Shown: in pieces, positions 51,050 through 60,253 of the stretch
Numbering within the stretch: position 1 is the first letter of the stretch
Layout of the letters: every line of letters begins with the position of its first letter
Origin: Octopus bimaculoides
Taxonomy: Eukaryota
NCBI RefSeq assembly: GCF_001194135.2
Contig: NC_068981.1
Coordinates: forward strand, 171,145,424 to 171,205,676
Direction of reading: 5' to 3'
DNA length: 60,253 bases
The notes under the pieces: model-generated
The model's input: the letters and a program-made list of their open reading frames with translations, nothing else
What the model was told of the DNA's origin: nothing
Databases searched by the model: none
Program-made: the position numbers and the translations under genes

Positions 51050-51664
51050 TACTGAGAATGAGAAAAATCCAAAATCCAGTCAACATCAAAGTGTTTGGAA
51101 TGATCACTAGTGATAGCGACGTTATGCTTCCATTCATCTTCCCACACGGCCTCAGACTCAACACGGGAGCCTACATCAAGTGCTTGGAGGAGGTAGTGCT
51201 GCCCTGGGTCAAGAGGGTGGCTGCTGGAAGACCCTATGTAAGGCAACAGGACTCTGCACCATGACACGCACGCAGAAGAACCCAATCATGACTATCAGAC
51301 AATTTCTGCGACCACATGACCCCTAACATCTGGCCACCTAACTCCCCACACTGCAACCCTCTTGATTATAATGTGTGGAGCGCAGTTGCCCGAGAGACCA
51401 ACAAAACTCATTGATAAACTAAAGGCAAGAATTATGGCAGCATTCACCAACTTAAACAAGGAGAATGTCCAGAAGAGTTGCAGGAGATTTCTAAGTCGTC
51501 TGAAGGCCGTGGTTGAAGCCAATGGCGAATTTATTGAATAAATTTACTCTTTAGTATTTCAAGATATTTTTATGTAGTTTTGGTACGTATATCTGTTAGG
51601 ATGAGATGTCAGTGTTATTTTCATTTTTGCGTAATTTAGACGACAGTTTATTCACCGCACCCTG
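51050..51664 (+). mobile_element. maT/DD37D mariner-like transposase pseudogene with right TIR
   Basis: QQDSAP*H...WPPNSPHCNPLDY has 37 residues between the two aspartates. It ends LKAVVEANGEFIE*, and the TIR ...ttcaccgcaccctg is followed by TA (51665-51666). Confidence 0.9.
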
Positions 51665-51882
51665 TACGTTCCACATTCTTTGTTTCTCTGCGTTTCTCTG
51701 TCTGTCTTTGTTGGTCTGTCTGCCTTTCTGTCTGTCTTTCTCTCTCTCTCTCCCTTCTCTCTCCCTCCTCTCTCTCTCTCCCTCCCTCTCTCCTCTCTCT
51801 CTCTCTCCCTCTCTCTTTATATGTACACCCACGCATACACAAACACACACACTCACACACACATATATATACTCATTTTTTT

Positions 51883-52254
51883 TTACTTGTTTCAGTCATT
51901 TGATTGCTGGAGCACCGCCTTTAGTCGAGCAAATCGACTCAAGACATTCTTTGTAAGCTTAGTACTTACTCTATCGGTCTGTTTTGCCGAACCGCTAAGT
52001 TACGGGGGCGTAACCACACCACCATCAGTTATCAAGCGATGTTGGGGGGACAAACACAGACACAAGCATATACACACATACACATATATATATACATATA
52101 TACGACGGGCTTCTTTTCAGTTTCCGTCAACCAAATCCACTCACAAGGTTTTAGTCGGCCCGAGGCTATAGTAGAAGACACTTGCCGAAAGTGCCACGCA
52201 GTGGGACTGAACCCGGTGGTTGGTAAGCAAGCTACTTACCACGCAGCCACTCCA

Positions 52255-52256
<2 letters not shown>
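51883..52256 (-). mobile_element. SINE family B, full length
   Basis: The minus strand starts ggagtggctgcgtggtaagtagcttgc...gggttcagtcccactgcgtggcac and ends ggcggtgctccagc...tgactgaaacaagtaaaa. Confidence 0.9.
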
Positions 52257-52258
<2 letters not shown>

Positions 52259-52328
<70 letters not shown>

Positions 52329-52377
52329 GTATATAGGCAGTACATGCAGACATCCGTACATGCATGCATACATACAT

Positions 52378-52444
<67 letters not shown>
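52259..52444. repeat. (GATA)n and (GACA)n arrays
   Basis: Directly visible. Confidence 0.95.
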
Positions 52445-52966
52445 TGTATGGAAGCTGTAACTAACCCAGATAAAACAAGCCCAAAACTATGGAATAGAGG
52501 GAAAACTTCATATTACAATTTTTCGATTCCCGAACTACTATATTGTCCAATTAGACGCGTGCAACTATTCTCTGTCATTGATAAAGTGATTTCCTTTATA
52601 AGTATTAACTTCTTATCTTCAAATACCCAAGCATAAGATATATGATACCTCACAGCCGTATGGGTTTATTATGTGGCAATATTCATCTAGGTCGATTGGT
52701 GCTTTGTTCCGTCTCTAACCTTCTGTTCTTGATAAATGTGGTTGCATCTCGGCAATATGTACGTATAAGGACGATGTAATAGTGTGAACCAATGTATTTG
52801 CTTTTGCTTTTCCTTGCCCAACTGTGGTTTTACTAATAACCTGTAGTGGTTTCATAAAAGCATTTACACTTCTCATTTTATTCCTCTATGTTTGGTAGAA
52901 ACTAGGCTATTGTGTGTGTGTGTTTGTGCGTATGTGAGTTGGTATATATCCACGCTTAGATATATA

Positions 52967-53015
<49 letters not shown>

Positions 53016-56000
53016 TTATTTATATTTATAAGTATTTGTATATAATAATAATTGCAACATGTATGTATGTATGTGATCATAGCATACACATATATGTGTG
53101 CCTAAATATATGTACATTCATGTACATACGTATACATATACATACGTATATACAGGCACATTCGTTTCGTGATCTTGCAATTGTGCGTGTTTGTATGAAA
53201 TTTTACATACAAATATTCATATGCGATTATATTATGTCTATGATTTTGTGTGTATCATAGTGTTACCTCAAAGCAAGAAAAACTTACCTATATTTACACT
53301 CTAACCCGTGTACGTAGCTTTATGTGTGTATATGTGAGTACACGCAGTCGCAAAAATAGCATACACACATATATACTTGTATACACACACACATACAGAC
53401 ACACACACACACACATCTACATTTGCATATATATGTATACACACTCACACACACACAATCATTTATATATTTATATATATATATTATATGAATACCAGTG
53501 ATATTAAACATAATTTTGATTAAAACAAGAATGGAACGTTCCTTGATAATAGGAAATATTGAAATGAAGCTAAGACGAATGAAAATAATTTCATTTTCAA
53601 CAATAAGGTAAATATTAACGCTATTTTCATTTTGTCGTGTTTGTACTTTCTATTGCTTTATGGCTTAGATATATTAAACTGTACATTTCTTCAGGGTAAT
53701 GGTTCATAATAAACATTATTTCATATTAATTCATACATACCCAATCACTCTGTGAAGTATATTTGAAAATTGCTGTAAGAATTTACATTGGTTTTGGCTC
53801 TGTTTATAAATATGTATATATATCTTTATAGTTCAATTTTAATCTATTTTAGCCCATTATCATATTATTTTCTAGCAACTATTTTCTTTATCACAATACC
53901 ACAATTTTGAAACTCATAACATATGCTCGATATTGCTTATATTTTATTTTATTTTCATTTTTAACACAGGGGAGATTATCTTTCCGTGGGTATTCTATAA
54001 CTGACATGCTACCTTGCATTAAATTCTGTCTAGATCTTACATTATGTCCCATTATTTCCAAAATCGCTTTGACAAGTTTCAAAGTTTGTTCATCCGAAAT
54101 AGCTCCACGTATTAGGCATGAAAGAGATATTATGATTATGAAGTTGTTGAAGTGCTCGTCTCGACTTAAGCTGCCTGTACTTTTCCATAATAGTTGTGCA
54201 CCTAGCGAGTTTAATTTTATACAAATTACATAGGTAAACACTTTCTAGATGTGTATGTTTGAGTTTGTATGTGTAGGTTCCTTAATTATAAATTTGTTGG
54301 TTTATCATAAATTTTGAAGTAAATGGGAAGAAAATATCGAAGGAATCTTTTTCTTTCTGCCGCGGGCCAGTCTACTCTCCCAAACTTACATCTTAGAATC
54401 TTAAAATAAGTACTTTGGTTAATGCAAACATAGATGCGCTAAGATTGACAAAAGATAAAATTTGAGTAAAAGTCTTAGCAGAAACAAAAGCTGAAAAAGT
54501 TATCATTCACGTTAGTACGTATGCTTCCTTAACCTATATGTCTATAAACAATATGACGTTATAATTGGAAAGTGGCAATCAAATGCTGTATCTCGTGTTA
54601 AAGCAACAAGAGGTTCTTGGGTTACTCTCTTTAGACTCATAGATTGTAAATGTTCTTGCTTTGTGACTTATAAATCAATTTCCTTTCCCTAGAACGGAGA
54701 AACGGCGTTAACTTGACTTCAATACCTCGAAGCTAAAGAGTGTAAGCAAAATCAACTCTGATGAACGACAAAACTGATATATTTTCAAGTTTTGATGTAT
54801 TTCTTCACGCTGGCGGAAAGATTTTTTATCCTTATTCACGACTTTTGAAACTAATCTTCCATAAAGTGATTATAGCGATTATGAACATCTTATAAGAACT
54901 GTGTTTCTTTATATCGAGGATTAAGCCTAAGCGTGTTAAACCATTAAACGTTCTCCGCTGTGCTTTCACCTACGTTTCTTATATCTTCATATCAAAAGTT
55001 CCTTTTATTCAAATTTGTAAATTATGTTTTATTAGAATAAGAAATTTGATCTTTAGAAATTATTTAAGATATATAATTGTTGCTGCAATTGATCATTAGC
55101 TTTATGTTGGCACTGGTCTTTCATGTCTATAGTCAAATGCTCTTCCTCACACAACTTTATTATGCACTTCATTTTAAAGATATTCAGGGAGATATTCTGG
55201 GAGATTTCTAGTGCTATGCATTTTTACCAATTATTCAGAAGAGACGGCAGTTCTTATGACTCCTTTAAAACACCCAGCTATGGCAGGTAAGAGGAGGAAA
55301 TATCTCCTGAAACCAGAGATGTGATCTTAGATACATGAAATAGAGAATTTCATTGAAGTCCCGAAGGGTCAGGTGGTGGTGCTCAAATGGACGACGGATT
55401 AAGTTAGGGATAATCTTAAACAGTGGGATTTTGAATCCAAAAGCAAAGTGCTAGAATAAATACCATAAATCATTCCGTCCCACTCTCAAACAAATCAACT
55501 GATCCATATCTCTACACTAATATTTAATCAAAACGCAAAATTACTCTCTGTACAAACTGGATTCGGAAGGCAAGCTGGAATAAATATCACAAGGCATTTT
55601 GTACGATGCAATTGTCCACATCACAGCAAATGATGAAATAAACCAAATCAGTCAATACTAAAACCCTCCTCCAAAATGTAACTATGGACTGTTCTGGAGC
55701 ATTTATATGAAAACAACCCTTACTTTGTATACTCTGCAGAAGACGGTAGTATGCACAGAATGTGTTGTCAAATTTTGGAGATAAAGGCAAATGTAGCATA
55801 AGCATTGCATGGGGATCAGTTGACAGAAATGACATCAGACTCTTGGCAAAAAAAAAACAAAAAAAACAGTATGATCAGTAGAGTCAGAAGGAATAATTCT
55901 AAAATGATATATATACCGCTTCCAAAGCGGCTGACAAAAACGAAAGACGAAAGATAAAACAAACAGCAAATAATGAAGAAAACAGAGAGTAAACAATTAT

Positions 56001-57341
56001 TATCTGGGTTTATAGTTTTATATGTAACACGACATGGACTACTGTCGGGAGAGGAGAGAGAAAGACAAGGAAATTGAAATTGAGCAATCTTCCTTGAACT
56101 GTTTGCTAAATATGTGAGCGTCACCGCTAGATTTAGAGTTGATCTCATCTAAAAAGAAACTGCACGCGTCACTGGACTCGAATCTTATTTAGAATGACGT
56201 ATTCGTCTGAGGCTACATATGTAAGAAAATCAATATTAAATGAAATCTAGCTAGCAACTACATCATCATTTCTTATAGCTGAAGCGACAGGTATTTCCCA
56301 CACTGAACAGGTTGCTATGTGTAAACACTGTGTCAGATATTGAAATCCGCGAACGTTTTACTGTATCATAGTATATAGATTCTACATAGTTAAAGAGCTG
56401 AAGTGAATAACCTTATATAATTGTTGGGAAGTAAATGGTTTACAGATACAAATCATGAAGATTACAACTAAGACAGAGGCGTTAAAATCAATAGATCGTG
56501 CAAAGGACTTTAATCGATCATCCTTTTCCCCAATGTCAATATGTGCACCACATAAACTGTGCTTGAACGTTGTATTTATTTTCTTTATACTTTAAAGTAG
56601 CAGTCCTGTTATATTGATTCATTTTAATGTAATACAATCTGCATTATTTTTTTCTTACATGAACTCAACACCTCATGCGAATTGAGTTAGTCAGGATTGG
56701 AGAATAATCTCTGACGCAAGTTGAGATTTCGGAGGAACACATCCGGGAAACTTATGGTAAGCTCTTATAACTTTTATACAATCTCTGATCAAAATTCGCA
56801 GATGTTGTCAAACAGATTCAGCCATAAAGTTACATTAATACTGTTACGTAACATCATCTTTGAGTCTTTTATTTGCCTTGAAACTGACGCAACATTTATT
56901 ATAGAGACACCTACTGCATCAAGTGCTCTTCAGCAGAAAGACCGCTGTTTACGATACCCATGTAGAATTAATAAAAATGATATAGGTTTGTAAATTTAAT
57001 TAAGTTAAGGAGTACAAAAGAATTCAAAATGATATAATAAAAGGTAACACAAAAGTATAAAATGCGAATAGCATTTTTCTATGAAATTCATAGTTGAGGA
57101 AAGAAACAAAGTGGTATGCAAGAACCGAATATGTAGGTATATCAGCAACAACAGAGTATTCTTCACACTTTTTACAGATTTTTGTCAAATTTAAATTTAG
57201 TGAGAATCTCAATAAAACTCCTATGGAAGACATTAGAAATGGTTATCAAAGAATCAATGTATATAAACTTAAAAATAAAAAAAAAACTTTCACAGCAATG
57301 CTAATTCTACTATTTCAACTACACATACATATATGCCAACA

Positions 57342-57388
<47 letters not shown>

Positions 57389-57444
57389 TCAGTTTATCAT
57401 ATAACCGACGATTTTCTAGGGCGATAATTTAATAAAACTAACAA

Positions 57445-59700
57445 TATATGCTTCGCAGAAGACTACAGATACGCAAGCTACTAGAGGCACCCAACTCCTC
57501 TCCGGCCTGGACGTTCACAATGCTGATGGGAACAAAACTGGTCTGCCAGTCGCTATAGAGTAGACATTGACTTTAAACTACAACACTTTAACGATCATGC
57601 ATGACATCTGCACTAAGTTTGTTCCTGCAGAAAAATACAAAACCCAGGGATTCTAATGAGACGACAAGCAAAAATCTCAAATCGTCTAAATAGGCCACTA
57701 AAGGATAACAAACGATCCTACATCAAACGACCATTGCTGGAGATTTAAAATGAACACTTCCATGGAAAGGAAAGGGCAGAATAGGAGGCCAGGGCTGTCA
57801 AAATATTATGACATATGACAAAATAATCTGCTTCAGCACGGTAGAAAATAGGGGCAGTATGTGAAGGAAATGGCTCACTGGCTGCAGCCCCCACCCAGAG
57901 AATCAGTGAAATATTGAATGTGCAATACAAGAGTGCTTTCACCACTCTACTGGAACACTTGCAAGTAGCTATGCTTGATGAGTTGTTTGGTTCCACAGAT
58001 CTACACAACGAAATGGCAGTTATTGATAGCATCAACATAGAGGAAACTGATGTGATATTAGCCATTGATGAGATGAGCGTAAACAAGCCCTGATGGATTC
58101 TCAACAATCCTCCTAAAGAAATGCAATGGGGCTCTAGCTAGACCACTACAGATTCTCTTCCAGTGCTTACTCACAACAGGGAAACTTCCGTAAAAGTTAA
58201 AGGGTAGCATAATATGCCCTATCCATGAGGGAGGTAACAGACCAGATGCTAAGAATTATAGTCCTGTCTCACTAACATCCCGTGTCAGCAAAGGCATGGA
58301 GCACATCGCCAGGAAGAAACTAATTGCGTTCCTTACAGATAATGACTAGCTTTCTGACACCCAGCATGGCTTTCGCTCAGTAAGAAACTGTCTTACACAG
58401 CTTTTGCAACAGTATGACTGCATGTTGAAACAATTAACGACTCATACAAACGTGGATGTGATATATCTCGACTTTGCAAAGGCCTTTGATAAGACTGATC
58501 ATGGGATGATATGTCACAAACTACGGTGACTCAGCATAACTGGAAAAATCGGAGAGTGGTTGCATCAATTCTTAAAAGACAGATGCCAGGCTGTAGTAAC
58601 CAACGGAGCCCTCTCCACGGAGACATTATTAGAAATTGGAGTGCCTCAGGGAACTGTATTGGGTCCGTTGCTCTTCGTGGTAGCTCTTTTAGACATGCCA
58701 TTAGTTACACAGACAGCCACACTTACTAGCAGTGCCGATGACACAAAAGTAGGACAAACAGTCAAGGAAACTTCTGACGCTAATCTTCTGCAGAAAGACC
58801 TAGATGCCATATATAAACGGGCTGAGAACAACAACATGCAATTTGATGCAGGAAAATTCCAAGCCCTCTTCTACCAGATAATTGGTGATCAGACGTTACC
58901 ACGGTACTTTGGACCAAAGGTAGTGACAATCCTAAAATCACATACAGTACGTGATCTTGGGAGCAACGATGCCTCGTTTCACATGCATATCACCAAGATT
59001 GTGGCAGTGTGCAGGCAAATGGCCGGGTGGATTCTGAGAACCTTCAGGACAAGGGACCGGGAAACTATGCTGGTCCTATACAGGACATTTGTTCTCAGCC
59101 CTCTAGATTATTGCTGTCAACTGTGATCACCTTACAGTGTAGGATTAATGGCAGAACTTGAGGCGGTTCAGCGATACTACACGAGAAAAATTGCATCAAT
59201 GGAACAGCTGAGATGCTGGGAGAAATTGAAAGATCTACGACTCTAATCCCAGGAGCGAAGATGGGAGGGGTATATAGTGATATATGTATGGAAGATACTG
59301 GCGGAGCTGGCACCAAACTTTGGAATTGAGTTATACCAGACCTTGAATTGGACGTCACTGCACTGTTACAAAAGAACCAGCTGTCTCATCTAAGGTGAGG
59401 ACCATGTACTGCAATAGCTTGGGATTCAAGGGCCTACAGCTATTTAACTCCTTGCTAAAACATCTGAGAGATCTCCATGGAGTGGGGGTAGATGTTTTCA
59501 AGAAACAACTTGACTTCTTGCTATTCAAGATCCCAAAATCAATATGAAGGCAGGAAACTCAAAAGAGAGCAGCGGTATCGAGCTCCTTCCTTCACCAAAA
59601 GCCAATCCCATAGAATTGGCCAATCAAAATGTCATTACACTGGTGGTGTCCCAGCATGACCACAGCCTCAGGGCTGAAACATATAAAAGAATAAAAGAAT
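57445..59700 (+). mobile_element. CR1-like LINE, 5'-truncated, decayed ORF2 with RT domain and 3' tail
   Basis: KNYSPVSLTS..SKGME; QHGFR; VDVIYLDFAKAFDK; GVPQGTVLGPLLF; SADDTK; LQKDLDAIY..AENNNMQFDAGK; GWILRTFRTRD; LDYCCQL. It ends in (aaagaat) repeats at 59700. Confidence 0.92.
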
Positions 59701-59904
59701 ACATATGAAATATATATTCTGAATAATGTTGTTCTTTCAAATGACATAGCATAACGTTTAACCGATGCTTGGAACTCACATAAATCCAGGTTTATCTAAA
59801 AGACAATCAAAACTTGTTGTTTTGTTACGTTTTTTATATGCACTATATATATTATACACACACCAAAAACATACACACATAAACATACATATATATGTAT
59901 ATAT

Positions 59905-60253
59905 ATGGGAGAATGTACGAAAAAAACAACAACAGACGAGGACAGGTGGTGTAAACAACAAAAGTATATATTAGTATGACGCTCGGGAATACGGAAAGTC
60001 TTTAACGTTTCGAGCTACGTTCTTCACCAGAGAGAATACGGAGACAAGGAGAAAAACACGGAGAAAAAAAAATGAATAGTGTCCAGTCAGCGGTCAATCA
60101 TAGTAATGGCTAATCATAGTAATGGCTGACCGGAAGTTAGAGATATTTTTTCACAGAAGAGCTAAGAAAAGGGGGAGAAAGAACGGTGATCGAAGAACGA
60201 GGGGTTGTGTGTGTGGAAGATAGAATGCTGGTGATCTTGACGTATTCTCTCTG
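59905..60253 (-). mobile_element. PLE-type terminal repeat and 3' UTR fragment
   Basis: Same layout as 5720-5950, with a hammerhead-like motif at 59999-60035. It runs off the window end. Confidence 0.55.
59999..60035 (-). ncRNA. Minimal type I hammerhead ribozyme-like motif (degenerate)
   Basis: Minus strand: tctct CTGGTGA a gaac-gta-gctc GAAAC GTT aaaga. Each of the core, stem I and stem II has one mismatch. Confidence 0.55.

Noticed and set aside
56695-56762. Donor-like atg/gtaagc with an upstream ag
   Set aside because: Stops occur in all frames from the nearest acceptor, and no homology is recognised.

Overview
This is an AT-rich, microsatellite-dense eukaryotic window with many N gaps. 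I could not support any host protein-coding exon, rRNA, tRNA gene or CRISPR array. The SINE and simple-repeat landscape suggests an octopus (coleoid cephalopod) intron or intergenic region; that is inference from recalled repeat families, not a search. Nearly all long ORFs in the track are artefacts of microsatellites or N runs. What is recognisable is a set of decayed mobile elements. These include about eight pieces of R4/Dong-type (RLE) non-LTR elements, nearly all abutting (TAA)n/(TGA)n repeats, three RTE remnants, one long CR1-like LINE and an L1/Tx1-like 3' fragment. There are also Penelope-like (PLE) RT and GIY-YIG fragments, a Tc1 (DDE) element, two DD37D maT-type mariner remnants, a hAT/Buster-type transposase remnant and several tRNA-headed SINE families. 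The most interesting signals are four. (1) At least four different minimal type I hammerhead-ribozyme-like motifs occur in PLE-type termini, one directly downstream of a GIY-YIG C-terminus. (2) Perfect fold-back inverted repeats lie at or upstream of degenerate hammerhead-like motifs at three loci. (3) Two head-to-tail copies of an unassigned protein C-terminus plus 3' UTR show mostly synonymous or conservative divergence (11.7-13.0 kb). (4) The CR1-like LINE and a SINE family share a 3' tail, and SINE heads and tails are visibly shuffled.
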